DNA from: Bacteroidota bacterium
Lineage (GTDB): Bacteria; Bacteroidota; Bacteroidia; NS11-12g; UBA955
DNA: 64,000 nt
NCBI GenBank assembly: GCA_030834125.1
Contig: JAURFW010000002.1
Location: 289-64,288, forward strand
Direction: 5' to 3'
This document shows positions 1-11,100 of this stretch, piece by piece. Every line of letters begins with the position of its first letter. The first letter of the stretch is position 1. The position numbers and the translations under genes were made by a program. The notes under the pieces are model-generated. The model was given only the letters and a program-made list of their open reading frames with translations. It was not told where the DNA came from and ran no database searches.

Positions 1-1
1 T

Positions 2-736
2 TAAGAAAACTTCTGTGCATCCCTGTGTCTCAATCTCAGAAATAGGACGCTCCACAACATTGTAGCCGTATTCTCTTGCCAACTCCAAAACAATCTTCCT
101 CATGATGCCATCTACGCAGTATTCGCCAATAGGCGGCGTTACAATAAAATCGCCCATCACAAAAAAGATATTACTCGAAATGCCTTCGCAAATACGCTCG
201 TTATCGTTAAAAATAATGGCCTCGTCCCAGTTTTGCTGTTTGGCATACTTTGCAGCCAATACATACAGCATACTTGAAGTAGTTTTTAAAGTACTTGTAA
301 AGTTTGAATTCTTCGAAAGCTCCTTATAGTTTCCTAGAGTTAATCCATCTTCATTTAGAGCATATTGATTCTCACTGTTAGGGAGTTCTTTGATCTCCAC
401 CAACACCCTCGTATTTTCATCTTCAATCCAATAACTTCCCTTTCCTTCACGGATGTAGGAAATTCGTATTCGAGCACAACTCCAACCCTCATTTTGGATC
501 GCCTTTTGAATTCTGCTTTCTAATTGACCAAACTCAATCTGAGGTGTAGGCATTTGAAGTAATACTAAAGACTTATGTATGCGTTCAGAATGTAAAAAAC
601 TGTGCTGAATGCGTCCCTGATGATATTTTAAGGTCTCGAAAAAACCATCCCCATAACGATAAGATCTTGAATTAAAGGTAAAGTAATCTGAATTACCAGT
701 TAAGAGTTCACCGTCTAATAAAAATATAGTTCTCAT
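2..736 (-). CDS. Aminotransferase class IV (BCAT/aminodeoxychorismate lyase family), 3' end truncated by window edge
   Basis: Not in ORF track. Manual translation from ATG at 736: MRTIFLDGELL...SYRYGDGFFETLK...GCTEVFL; YGDGxFET and EVFL(TN) are class IV PLP motifs. ATGA overlap with upstream ORF stop. Confidence 0.85.
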   Translation of the reverse strand, partial: MRTIFLLDGELLTGNSDYFTFNSRSYRYGDGFFETLKYHQGRIQHSFLHSERIHKSLVLLQMPTPQIEFGQLESRIQKAIQNEGWSCARIRISYIREGKGSYWIEDENTRVLVEIKELPNSENQYALNEDGLTLGNYKELSKNSNFTSTLKTTSSMLYVLAAKYAKQQNWDEAIIFNDNERICEGISSNIFFVMGDFIVTPPIGEYCVDGIMRKIVLELAREYGYNVVERPISEIETQGCTEVFL

Positions 737-1155
737 CTCGAATAATAAAACTTCAATGGACCTTCAGAAATAATCAAACTATCATTAGTTCCCAACTCAA
801 TATTGAAGTTTCGGGTGTGAGCCGCTGCTACCGCACTTGAATCATAATGGAAATCGAAATAGAGTTGCTCCGTCATACTATCTTGTTCTAGGCTAAAACT
901 TCCCGCGCTGTGCTTTTGTAATTTTTCAATATCATATAAGAAACGATGAGATTCAAAATCAATATACATAGTATCGGTTGATTCAAAAGGTCCGATAGAG
1001 GTGTCGTTTTTTGTAATATCTCTATAAATCCACTTTCCACCAAGTTCGGTAAAATCAGATGCTGCTGATTCTAATTCTTCATTAGTAGCGGTTGACTTAT
1101 TCTGACAAGAACAAATGAATATCAAACCAATCAAAAGGAAAATATAATGTCTCAT
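733..1155 (-). CDS. Hypothetical lipoprotein
   Basis: Likely start MRHYIFLLIGLIFICSC (lipobox-like Cys) inside ORF 733..1185. Confidence 0.6.
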   Translation of the reverse strand: MRHYIFLLIGLIFICSCQNKSTATNEELESAASDFTELGGKWIYRDITKNDTSIGPFESTDTMYIDFESHRFLYDIEKLQKHSAGSFSLEQDSMTEQLYFDFHYDSSAVAAAHTRNFNIELGTNDSLIISEGPLKFYYSR

Positions 1156-1162
1156 ATGAAAT

Positions 1163-1771
1163 TTATTTTCGTTTGCTAATTTCATCTCTTATTCGAGCGG
1201 CTCTAGCGTAGTTTTCATCGGCAATTGCCTCTTGAAGCATATACTCTAAATCTTCAAGCTCAAACTCTTCAAAAGGATTATCTGTGCTCAAAGAAGAAGG
1301 GGGAGGATTAAATTCATTTTCTGAATCTACTCTTCCTGGTGAAAGCTTATCATCTGGGTCATTATCATCTATAAACGCTGCCTCATCCATAATGTTTTGC
1401 ATTACAAAAATGGGGGCCTTGTTTTTCATGGCAAGTGCAATCGCATCTGATGTTCTTGAATCCAGTTTGTGAGATTGACCATTTTGTTCAAAAAGAATTG
1501 AAGAAAAGTATATTCCTTCTTCCAACCTTTCTATAACTATTTCCTTAATGGTAATATTGAATTCTGAAATTACAGTAGTAAACAAATCATGAGTAAGCGG
1601 TCTGCTTGGCTTCATTTCTTCCATTTCCATAGCAATTGCTTGTGCTTCTACGGCTCCTATGAGCACTGGAAGTTGCATCTTGCTTTCGGTATTCTGCAAT
1701 ACTAAAGTGTAAGCACCATGGGAGTGCGCCGGAAGGATATTTTTAATGAAGACTTCGACGCGCTTAGACAT
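1163..1771 (-). CDS. Bifunctional nuclease family protein (DUF151) with C-terminal UVR motif
   Basis: LPVLIGAVEAQAI, RPLTHDL, DSRTSDAIALA; C-terminal AIADENYARAARIRDEI. Confidence 0.9.
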   Translation of the reverse strand: MSKRVEVFIKNILPAHSHGAYTLVLQNTESKMQLPVLIGAVEAQAIAMEMEEMKPSRPLTHDLFTTVISEFNITIKEIVIERLEEGIYFSSILFEQNGQSHKLDSRTSDAIALAMKNKAPIFVMQNIMDEAAFIDDNDPDDKLSPGRVDSENEFNPPPSSLSTDNPFEEFELEDLEYMLQEAIADENYARAARIRDEISKRK

Positions 1772-1774
1772 TTC

Positions 1775-2716
1775 TTAGGCTTTTAATGCTGAAATTAATT
1801 TAGGAACCACTTCAAATGCATCGCCAACAATACCGTAATCGGCAGCTTTAAAGAATGGTGCTTCTGGATCTTTATTAATAACCACAATTATCTTTGATGA
1901 GCTAACACCAGCAAGGTGTTGTATGGCTCCGGAAATACCTATGGCAATATATAAATTGGGTTTAATGGTAATTCCTGTTTGACCGACGTGCTCAGAGTGG
2001 GGTCTCCATTCCATGTCACTTACAGGTTTAGAACATGCCGTTGCTCCGTTCATTAGATCTGCCATTTCTTCAACCATACCCCAGTTTTCAGGACCTTTTA
2101 ATCCCCTTCCACCAGATACTACAACTTCTGCCTCTGTAAGCGCTACTTTTCCCGTAACCTTGTCTGTTGAAACAACATTTATTTTGGAATTTGCACTTTC
2201 ACCATTGTATGCAGAAATGTTACAAGTTTGTGGGTTTTCTTTGATATCAAAAGAATTAGGGGTTAGCGCTAAAACTTTGGTACTTTTATTTAGCGTAACG
2301 TAGGCAAATGCTTTGCCGGAATACACTCCACGCTTAACCGTAAAATCATTTGCTGAAGCTGGAAGAGATACCACATTGGTTGCTAAAGATGCATTTGAAC
2401 TAACTGCAATTTGTGGAGATAAGTTTTTCCCTGTATATGAGTTGGATAAGATTATTACAGTTGCATTTACAGATGCACTTGCCGCAGAAATTATTGTGGG
2501 CGCAGAATCTGCATTAATATGATTTGTATCACCTAAGGCAATGAACGACTGCGCACCATATTTGCCTAATTCATCGGTGTTGCCAGAAGCTTGGAAAGCC
2601 ATAGCCACTAATTCTATTCCCATCATTTGTGCAAGTTGAGAACCGTAAACTAATGCCTCAATAGAGCTTTTCTTATACTCATTATTTTCTAATTCTAAAA
2701 ATACTGCTACGCTCAT
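1775..2716 (-). CDS. etfA: Electron transfer flavoprotein alpha subunit
   Basis: VVVSGGRGL, HVGQTG, LYIAIGISGAIQHLAG, INKDPEAPFFKAADYGIVGD. Confidence 0.97.
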   Translation of the reverse strand: MSVAVFLELENNEYKKSSIEALVYGSQLAQMMGIELVAMAFQASGNTDELGKYGAQSFIALGDTNHINADSAPTIISAASASVNATVIILSNSYTGKNLSPQIAVSSNASLATNVVSLPASANDFTVKRGVYSGKAFAYVTLNKSTKVLALTPNSFDIKENPQTCNISAYNGESANSKINVVSTDKVTGKVALTEAEVVVSGGRGLKGPENWGMVEEMADLMNGATACSKPVSDMEWRPHSEHVGQTGITIKPNLYIAIGISGAIQHLAGVSSSKIIVVINKDPEAPFFKAADYGIVGDAFEVVPKLISALKA

Positions 2717-2717
2717 A

Positions 2718-3449
2718 TTAGATAACTTTTAAATCGTTCTTTAAGATGTTAATTAATTCTTCTGCATTGTCTGCATCAATCATTTTTACTCCAGACTTAG
2801 GTGCAGGAGATTCAAATGAAGAGATATTACTGTATTCGGCTGCGCCTGAAGCGGCAACCACATTTAAAGGCTTTGTTCTCGCAGCCATAATACCTCTCAT
2901 ATTCGGAATTCTTGGTTCGCACAGGTCTTTTTGTGCAGATGCAACGCAAGGAGTAGGACAGCTTACGGTTTCTCTTCCTCCGTCAATATCCCGAGTCATG
3001 GTGCAATTTCCGTCTGCATATTGGATTTCAGTTACTACGTTAACAGAAGGGATCCCTAATTCGGCAGCTAGAAGTCCACAAACTGCGCCACCGTTAAAAT
3101 CAATACTTTCTCTTCCAGTTAGAATTAAATCATATTCAGTAGCGTGTTGTGCAATTTCATGAGCAACAAACTGTGCATCGTAAGCTATTGAATTTACACG
3201 AATAGCTTCGTTAACACCCATACTAAGTGCTTTACGAATGCTTGGGTCGTTTTCTGCAGGACCCACATGGATTACAGTAACAGTTCCATTATTAGCTTCT
3301 GCAATTTCCAATCCTTTGGTAATTGCCAATTCATCGTAGGGATTAATAATGAACTGTACTCCGTCTTTTTGTAATTCAGTTTTATCAGAGTTGAACTGAA
3401 TTTTTGTCGTTGTATCTGGAACGACACTCATGCACACTAATACTTTCAT
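2718..3449 (-). CDS. etfB: Electron transfer flavoprotein beta subunit
   Basis: MKVLVCMSVVPD, INPYDELA, GRESIDFNGG, EPRIPNMRGIMAA; adjacent to etfA. Confidence 0.97.
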   Translation of the reverse strand: MKVLVCMSVVPDTTTKIQFNSDKTELQKDGVQFIINPYDELAITKGLEIAEANNGTVTVIHVGPAENDPSIRKALSMGVNEAIRVNSIAYDAQFVAHEIAQHATEYDLILTGRESIDFNGGAVCGLLAAELGIPSVNVVTEIQYADGNCTMTRDIDGGRETVSCPTPCVASAQKDLCEPRIPNMRGIMAARTKPLNVVAASGAAEYSNISSFESPAPKSGVKMIDADNAEELINILKNDLKVI

Positions 3450-3467
3450 GAATCTCGAAATTTACTG

Positions 3468-3475
3468 CAAAACTA
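3468..3475 (-). promoter_or_regulatory. Bacteroidota sigma-A -7 element upstream of etfB
   Basis: Reverse complement reads TAGTTTTG = TAnnTTTG, 18 nt upstream of the start. Confidence 0.55.
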
Positions 3476-3531
3476 CAAAAAAATACAGCAATAATTCTCT
3501 AGGTTAGGCAATTGCTTGTTACTTTCGTAAT

Positions 3532-4860
3532 ATGTCGAAAATTCACTTCATTGCAATTGGCGGTGCAATCATGCATAACTTGGCTTTGGAACTCTTAGCG
3601 CAGGGACATTCTGTTACTGGAAGTGACGATGAAATTTTCGACCCCGCACTTTCTCGCTTAATTGCAGCGGGCATAGCACCTGAAAAAATGGGCTGGTATA
3701 CCGAAAAGTTAGACAGTTCAATGGATATTGTTATTTTGGGAATGCATGCTCGTATTGATAATCCCGAATTATTAAAGGCAAAAGAATTGGGATTAACCAT
3801 AATGTCCTTCCCCCAGTATGTTGCTGAACATTCCAAGAATAAGACTAGAGTTGTAATTGCAGGTAGTCATGGAAAAACCACTTCCACCGCGATGTTAATG
3901 CACATGCTCGAGCATGATCATATCAAATTTGATTATGTGGTAGGATCGCAAATAGCAGGTTATGAAAGAATGGTGAAGTTGAGTGATGCGCCAATAATAA
4001 TTATTGAGGGTGACGAGTATTTATCTTCACCCCTAGATTTAAGGTCGAAATTTTTACATTACAAGCCACATTTTGCAATGGTTACAGGCATTGCTTGGGA
4101 TCACATTAATGTATTTCCGACTTTTGAATCCTACAAACAAACTTTTCATGAATTCCTTAATACAGTAGAAAAAAAGTGTTTCTTTTTTGAGGATGATGAG
4201 TTTTTTAGAGAATTTCAAAAAGGTAGAAGCAATGTGATTCCGTACAAGGCACATGCATGGTCTGTATTGAATGACGGAGTTGCTGTAGCATATAATAATT
4301 CGAATATTTATTTACCATTTTTTGGGGAGCATAATGTTCAAAATGCAACCGGTGCGGTTTCACTTGCAGTTCAATTGGGCATGGAAGAACGCGATGCATG
4401 GGAGGCTTTAGCGAATTTCCCGGGAACAGCAAGAAGATTAGAACTGATGGGGGAAGCACAAAATTTAAAAGTATTTAGGGATTTTGCCCATGCTCCGAGC
4501 AAGGTAAAAGCAACCGTAAACGCGGTTACAAATCAGTTCCCTGATTGTAAAACAATTGCAATTCTTGAATTGCATACTTTTTCTAGTTTAAATCCGGAAT
4601 TCATGGCTCAATATGCAAATACTATGGATGCTACTGAACATGCTATGGTTTTGTTTAATCCTCATGTGTTTGAACAGAAAAAGATGGAAATACCAACGAA
4701 AGAAATTGTTCAGTCTAGAACAGGAGTAAAAGCCTTTGATAATTTCAAAGATTTATCGGAATTTGTAGATGAATTAATGTTGGGTGAGGAAAGAAAGGTG
4801 TTGCTTTTGATGAGTTCAGGTCCAGGATTGAAGCCGTTTGAAAATAAATATACTGGATAA
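3532..4860 (+). CDS. mpl: Mur ligase family, murein peptide ligase (Mpl)/MurC-like
   Basis: IHFIAIGGAIMHNLA, AGSHGKTTST, IEGDEY, WDHINVF, DFAHAP. Confidence 0.8.
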   Translation: MSKIHFIAIGGAIMHNLALELLAQGHSVTGSDDEIFDPALSRLIAAGIAPEKMGWYTEKLDSSMDIVILGMHARIDNPELLKAKELGLTIMSFPQYVAEHSKNKTRVVIAGSHGKTTSTAMLMHMLEHDHIKFDYVVGSQIAGYERMVKLSDAPIIIIEGDEYLSSPLDLRSKFLHYKPHFAMVTGIAWDHINVFPTFESYKQTFHEFLNTVEKKCFFFEDDEFFREFQKGRSNVIPYKAHAWSVLNDGVAVAYNNSNIYLPFFGEHNVQNATGAVSLAVQLGMEERDAWEALANFPGTARRLELMGEAQNLKVFRDFAHAPSKVKATVNAVTNQFPDCKTIAILELHTFSSLNPEFMAQYANTMDATEHAMVLFNPHVFEQKKMEIPTKEIVQSRTGVKAFDNFKDLSEFVDELMLGEERKVLLLMSSGPGLKPFENKYTG

Positions 4861-4902
4861 AATTTATTAATAAATTGTTCATAAACCCCTTGTTTGTGAA
4901 CC

Positions 4903-4910
4903 TACCTTTG
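4903..4910 (+). promoter_or_regulatory. Bacteroidota -7 promoter element upstream of transketolase
   Basis: TACCTTTG 4 nt before ATG at 4915. Confidence 0.5.
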
Positions 4911-4914
4911 TGGC

Positions 4915-5763
4915 ATGTCTTCAGTTTCTGAATTGCCAGTAATCGCTCGTCAGGTACGTCGCGATATTTTACGTATGGTTCATGCCGTAAATAGCGGTCA
5001 TCCCGGTGGATCACTTGGATGTGCGGATTACCTTACTAGTTTGTATTTCGAATACATGAAACATGATCCCAACAATTTTACCGGCCATGGAAAAGGGCAA
5101 GATGTTTTTGTTATGAGTAATGGCCATATTTCGCCTGTGTTCTATTCTGTTTTGGCTCGTTCTGGGTATTTTGAAATTTCAGAACTTTCAACTTTTAGAA
5201 AAATAAATACCCGTTTGCAAGGTCATCCCACTACGCATGAAGGATTACCTGGAGTTCGCGTAGCTACCGGTTCACTGGGGCAAGGCATGAGTGTGGCAAC
5301 TGGATTTGCGCTTGAAAAAAAATTAGATAATGACCCAAGTACTGTTTGGGTATTAACCGGTGACGGAGAATTACAAGAAGGTCAGGTATGGGAGGCGGTT
5401 ATGTTCGCTGCCCATAACAAGGTAGATAACATGATTGTTGCGGTTGATTTTAATCAACAACAAATAGATGGTTCTACTGGCGAAGTGATGGGAATAACTG
5501 AATTGAAATCTAAATTTTTAGCTTTTGGTTGGGAAGTTTTGGAAATGGATGGTAACAACTACGATAGCATTCATGAAGTCGTACCTCAGGCGCAAGCCAA
5601 ATTGGGCGGAGGGAAACCAATAATAATAATAATGAAAACCGAAATGGGTCAGGGTGTAGACTTTATGATGGGGACACACGCATGGCACGGAAAGGCTCCA
5701 AATGATGAGCAGTTAGCCGAAGCATTAAGACAATTGCCTGAAACTCCATACGGAGATTATTAA
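4915..5763 (+). CDS. Transketolase, N-terminal (TPP-binding) subunit
   Basis: SGHPGGSLG, LQGHP, TGSLGQG, GDGELQEGQVWEA. Confidence 0.96.
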   Translation: MSSVSELPVIARQVRRDILRMVHAVNSGHPGGSLGCADYLTSLYFEYMKHDPNNFTGHGKGQDVFVMSNGHISPVFYSVLARSGYFEISELSTFRKINTRLQGHPTTHEGLPGVRVATGSLGQGMSVATGFALEKKLDNDPSTVWVLTGDGELQEGQVWEAVMFAAHNKVDNMIVAVDFNQQQIDGSTGEVMGITELKSKFLAFGWEVLEMDGNNYDSIHEVVPQAQAKLGGGKPIIIIMKTEMGQGVDFMMGTHAWHGKAPNDEQLAEALRQLPETPYGDY

Positions 5764-5766
5764 AAA

Positions 5767-7158
5767 TTGTATCTTTACCCTATGAGAGCATTATTAACCA
5801 TTGGATTAGCTCTACTTTTTTCAATTAAAAGTACGGCACAAATTCCATATGCTTTTCCGGGTAAGAAAACACGTATATTATTTCTGGTTGATGGAAGCGG
5901 CAGTATGCTTACTCCAATGACAAAGGGCAGTCGCTGGGAAATAGCTGGTGAATTAATTACAAAAATTGTAGATAGCCTTCGTGCAGTGAAAGATGTTGAA
6001 ATTGGCTTGAGAGTCTTTGGTCACACCAAAAGAAACGTGCTGCAAGATTGTAATGATACCAAGTTAGAAATCCCATTTGGACCATACAATCACAAAATGT
6101 TCCGGAGTAAAATGAAGTCTATTCGCCCTTTAGGGTATACCTCGATTACTCAATCATTATTAGCAACAGAGCAAGATTTTCCAGCAGATGATAATGCTCG
6201 TAACGTTGTAATTCTTGTAACTGACGGGGTGGAAGAATGCCCTGGGGATCCTTGTGAGGTTAGTAAAGTATTGCAAGAAAAGGGAATAATTTTAAGGCCT
6301 TTTATAGTGGGTTTAGGTACTGACGCTAATGCCTTTAAAAAGATTTATTCTTGTGCAGGAAAATATTATAATGCAGAAACTGCACCTGAATTTAATAAGG
6401 TAATGGGAGTGATTATCTCTCAAGTATTGAATAACACATCAGCCCAAATTAATTTATTAGATGAGCAAGGTAGACCAACAGAAACAGACGCTGCAGTGAC
6501 CTTTTTTGATAGAACAAGTAGTGAGAGAGTGGAGCATTTTATGCATACCATGAATGGCCGGGGTTTACCAGATACCATTTATTTAGATCCTATGCGTCAG
6601 TATGATATGTTGGTGCATACATTACCTCCAATACGTAAAGAAAATATTAGTTTAATTGGCGGAATGCATAATACGATCGCAGTTGACGCTGCACGTGGAG
6701 ATTTGTATTTGAAAATTTCAGGGAATATGGCCTATCCCTGGTTGAAGGCTATCGTAAAGAAAAAGGGTTCTTGTGATGTTCTGTATGATCAATCGTTTAA
6801 CCGTCCTCAAAGATATTTAACAGGGTTTTACGATGTGGAAGTACTCACTACTCCACGAATGGTGTTTAAAAACATCAACATCTCCCAAAATAATACTACT
6901 ACATTGGATGTCCCTGGCCCTGGATTATTACAACTCGCAATGAAGGGTGATGTAAAAGGGTCTATATTCTTGCAAAAGGAAGATAATACCTATGAATGGG
7001 TTGCAGATTTACCCGAAACTAGAGGTAATCACGATCTTTATTTTCAGCCTGGTAACTACGAGTTAGTATACAGGAAAAAGGGAGAGACAAGAACATTATA
7101 CAGCAAGAAAACTCAAATTTCTATAAAATCAGGACTTAATACAAAATTGGCAATATAA
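5767..7158 (+). CDS. Secreted VWA-domain protein
   Basis: Signal peptide (probable start MRALLTIG at 5782), MIDAS motif DGSGSM, ILVTDGVEEC. Confidence 0.85.
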   Translation: MYLYPMRALLTIGLALLFSIKSTAQIPYAFPGKKTRILFLVDGSGSMLTPMTKGSRWEIAGELITKIVDSLRAVKDVEIGLRVFGHTKRNVLQDCNDTKLEIPFGPYNHKMFRSKMKSIRPLGYTSITQSLLATEQDFPADDNARNVVILVTDGVEECPGDPCEVSKVLQEKGIILRPFIVGLGTDANAFKKIYSCAGKYYNAETAPEFNKVMGVIISQVLNNTSAQINLLDEQGRPTETDAAVTFFDRTSSERVEHFMHTMNGRGLPDTIYLDPMRQYDMLVHTLPPIRKENISLIGGMHNTIAVDAARGDLYLKISGNMAYPWLKAIVKKKGSCDVLYDQSFNRPQRYLTGFYDVEVLTTPRMVFKNINISQNNTTTLDVPGPGLLQLAMKGDVKGSIFLQKEDNTYEWVADLPETRGNHDLYFQPGNYELVYRKKGETRTLYSKKTQISIKSGLNTKLAI

Positions 7159-8118
7159 ATGAAATCATTTGAAGTAACCGGAAAGAAAGACACTCGTAGC
7201 GGCTTTGGCGCAGGACTATTAGAACTTGGTAAAAATAATGCAGATGTAGTGGCGATGTGTGCAGATCTTACTGGGTCATTAACAATGCATCACTTTGAGA
7301 AAGAATTTCCAAATAGATTTTTTCAAGCGGGTATAGCAGAAGCAAATATGATGGGTGTAGCAGCCGGGATGGCATTAGCCGGAAAAATTCCTTTTACTGG
7401 AACTTTTGCTAACTTTTCTACGGGTCGTGTGTACGATCAAATCCGTCAGAGTATTGCCTACAGCGGGGCAAACGTAAAAATTTGTGCATCGCACGCTGGG
7501 CTTACTTTAGGTGAGGACGGAGCAACTCATCAGATTCTTGAGGATATTGGGTTAATGAAGATGTTGCCAGGAATGACAGTGATTAACCCTTGCGATTATA
7601 ACCAAACCAAACAAGCAACAATAGCAATTGCAGAGCATAAGGGACCTGTTTATTTGCGTTTTGGAAGACCCAAGTGGCCCGTTTTTATTCCTGAAGATGC
7701 TCAGTTTGAAATAGGTAAAGCATTGATGTTAAGCCCAGGTACCGATGTGAGTATTTTTGCTACAGGACATATGGTTTGGAAGGCTATTGAGGCCGGTATT
7801 GAGTTAGAAAAAATGGGAATCAGTGCAGAGGTAATCAATATACATACTATTAAACCGTTAGATGAAAAAGCAATTATTGAATCTGTTTCAAAAACAGGTT
7901 GTGCTGTAAGTGCAGAGGAACATCAAATGAACGGTGGTTTAGGAGATTCAATTGCTCAGGTGTTGGGCAAAAATCTGCCAAGTCCATTGGAAATGGTTGC
8001 AGTAAAAGACTCATTTGGTGAAAGTGGTACTCCTGATGAATTGTTAGTAAAGTATGGTCTAGACACGCCAAATATTATTGAGGCAGCTAAAAAGGCAATA
8101 GCGCGTAAATCAAACTAA
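7159..8118 (+). CDS. Transketolase, C-terminal subunit
   Basis: [45 protein letters not shown]. Confidence 0.96.
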   Translation: MKSFEVTGKKDTRSGFGAGLLELGKNNADVVAMCADLTGSLTMHHFEKEFPNRFFQAGIAEANMMGVAAGMALAGKIPFTGTFANFSTGRVYDQIRQSIAYSGANVKICASHAGLTLGEDGATHQILEDIGLMKMLPGMTVINPCDYNQTKQATIAIAEHKGPVYLRFGRPKWPVFIPEDAQFEIGKALMLSPGTDVSIFATGHMVWKAIEAGIELEKMGISAEVINIHTIKPLDEKAIIESVSKTGCAVSAEEHQMNGGLGDSIAQVLGKNLPSPLEMVAVKDSFGESGTPDELLVKYGLDTPNIIEAAKKAIARKSN

Positions 8119-8132
8119 AAATTGATTCAATT

Positions 8133-8163
8133 GTTGGGAATTAAATGCCCCAACTGAATTTTT
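8133..8163 (+). terminator. Possible intrinsic terminator after transketolase operon
   Basis: GTTGGG...CCCAAC stem followed by T-rich tract; long loop, weak. Confidence 0.3.
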
Positions 8164-8167
8164 GTAA

Positions 8168-11100
8168 ATGAATACTAGAGATATTATCCAACGGCTTCTG
8201 GATTCGGGAGTTTCTAAGGATTATTTGAAGTCTCTTAATTCAAAATCCGCTCTTTATTTACATGGCTTATGTGGTGCATCGGCATCCTTACAGGTTTCTT
8301 TGTCGTTTGCCGCAAATCAGAGACCAATTCTTGTATGTTTAAGTAATAAAGAAGAAGCTCAGTATTTTAAGTCTGATTTAGAAAGTTGGTTAACGGGCCA
8401 AACAATTTATTTTCTTCCTAGTTCATTTTTAAAAGCATTTTCTACATCAAGGGAGCATGCGATGGGAGTTCAGGAACGTCTTGAAACATTAAGTGCTTTA
8501 AGAAAAAATAACCAACGAATAATTGTTACTTATACGGAGGCATTAGCAGAGCTAGTAGTAGACGAAGAACAATTGAGCAGTAACACCTTTGAGATTTTCA
8601 AAGGGCAAAATTTAGACGTGGATTTTCTGTCTGAGTTTTTATACGATAATGGATTTGAACGTGAAGATTTTGTTTTTGAACCCGGGCAGTTTAGTATTCG
8701 TGGTGGAATTATTGATCTATTTTCATTTGCTCATGAAGAACCTTTTCGAATGGAGTTAGATGGGGATATCATTGAAAGTATTAGGTCTTTTGATGTGAAT
8801 ACTCAGAGGTCCACCAAGGAGATGGCGCAATTTTCATTGGTTCCAAAACTTTCGGGTGGTGAAGGAAATAGAAGCACAAAGAAAATTCCAGTTTTCCAAT
8901 ATCTTAATGATGACACGCTACTTTTCTTAACGGAAAGAACTTTGCAGTTAGAGAACTTGGCAAAAGCATGGGAGCAAAATTTGCAATCCTATGTAAATGA
9001 TAAAGATCTACAGACAGATTCAGAATCGCTTCATCCAAAGGCAACTTGGATGACCCCAAAAGAGTGGATGGAGGGGTTGGAATCATTTAAAAATGTATTC
9101 TTTGGTGGTGATAGACCGGCAGAGAAACACGATACAATCAATTTTCAACAAGAGCCGCAACCGATATTCAAACGACACATTGAAATGTTAAAAGCTTGGA
9201 TGTCGGAAAATTCTCAAAAGGGATTTGAGACTTGGGTTTTTTCTGATAATTCAAAGCAAATTGAACGTTTACAGGTTTTGCTTAAAGATCAGGAATTAGA
9301 GCAAGCTTTTGAGCCTGTTTATGTGGGATTATCGGGTGGGTTTGTGGATTTTGATCATAAAATTGCCTTCCTCACTGAGCACCAACTATTTGATAAATAT
9401 TATAAACCTAAATCGAGACAAAGATATACTGGAACTGCATCCTTAACTCTTCGTGAATTAAGGCATTTACAGCCCGGGGATTACATCACCCACATTGATC
9501 ATGGGATTGGCAAATTTGCAGGATTAGAAAAGATGGAAGTAAACGGAGTGGCACAGGAAGTACTCCGAATTGTGTATAGAGACAATGATTTGCTTTATGT
9601 ATCGGTAAACAGCTTACACAAAATCAGTAAGTATTCCGGTAAAGATGGAACAGAGCCCAGTCTTCATAAGTTGGGATCGGGTACATGGGATAAGCAGAAA
9701 AAAAATACCAAGCGCAAGGTTAAAGATATTGCTAGAGAGTTGATTAAACTCTATGCACAAAGGAAGAAAGAAAAAGGCTTTGCATTCCAACCAGATAATT
9801 ATTTGCAGTTGGAGTTAGAAGCTTCTTTCTTTTATGAGGATACACCCGATCAAGCCAAGGCGGTAGACGCCGTAAAAGCGGATATGGAAAATGAAACTCC
9901 TATGGACCGTTTGGTTTGTGGAGATGTGGGCTTTGGTAAAACTGAGGTGGCAATGCGCGCTGCATTTAAATCGGTTTGCGATTCCAAACAAGTTGCAGTA
10001 TTGGTACCTACTACAATTCTGGCACAACAACATTACCGAACATTTAAAAAGAGATATTCCGGCTTTCCAGTAAATATTGATTACCTCAATAGGTTTAAAT
10101 CTGCCAAAGAACAAAAAGAGGTAATAAAGAAATTAAAATCCGGCGATATAGATGTGGTTATAGGAACACATAGACTCATTGGAAAAGATATTGAATTTAA
10201 GGATTTAGGATTGCTGATTATTGATGAAGAGCAGAAGTTTGGGGTAGGCGCAAAAGAAAAGTTGAAGCAATTTAGGGTTAATGTAGATACTTTAACCTTA
10301 ACTGCAACACCCATTCCGAGAACGCTTCACTTCAGTTTGATGGGGGCTAGAGATTTAAGTATTATTAATACTCCTCCACCCAATAGGCAGCCGGTTCATA
10401 CGGAATTAGCCGTCTTTAATAAATCATTTATTGGCGAAGCTGTATTACATGAGATAAATCGCGGTGGACAAGTATTTGTAGTACATAACAGGATCAGAGA
10501 TATTCATGAATTAGCCCGAATTATTGGCGAGGAAGTCCCCGAAGCCAGAGTTTGTGTGGGGCATGGACAAATGGAAGGTAGTGATTTAGAGGATGTTATG
10601 GTGAAGTTTATTGAAGGAGAATTTGATGTCCTCGTAGCTACAAGTATTATTGAAAGTGGTTTAGATATCCCGAATGCAAATACGATCATCATAAACAATG
10701 CCCATATGTTTGGGTTGTCTGACTTACATCAAATGCGCGGTAGAGTAGGGCGTTCAAATACAAAAGCATATTGTTATTTGCTATCTCCACCTATTTCTAC
10801 CTTACCTGAAGATTCTAGGAAAAGATTAAGAACTTTAGAGGAATACTCTGAATTGGGTAGTGGATTTCAAGTGGCTATGCGAGATTTAGATATTCGTGGT
10901 GCTGGAAACTTACTAGGTGCAGAGCAAAGTGGTTTTATTGCAGATATGGGTTTTGATATGTACCATAAAATCCTAGATGAGGCGCTGCGGGAGCTAAAAC
11001 AAGAGGAGTTTACTGAAGTTTTTGAAGAAACGGCAGAGTCTATTGAAAGTAGAGATTGCCAAATAGATACACATTATGAAATTTTAATTCCTTCTGATTA

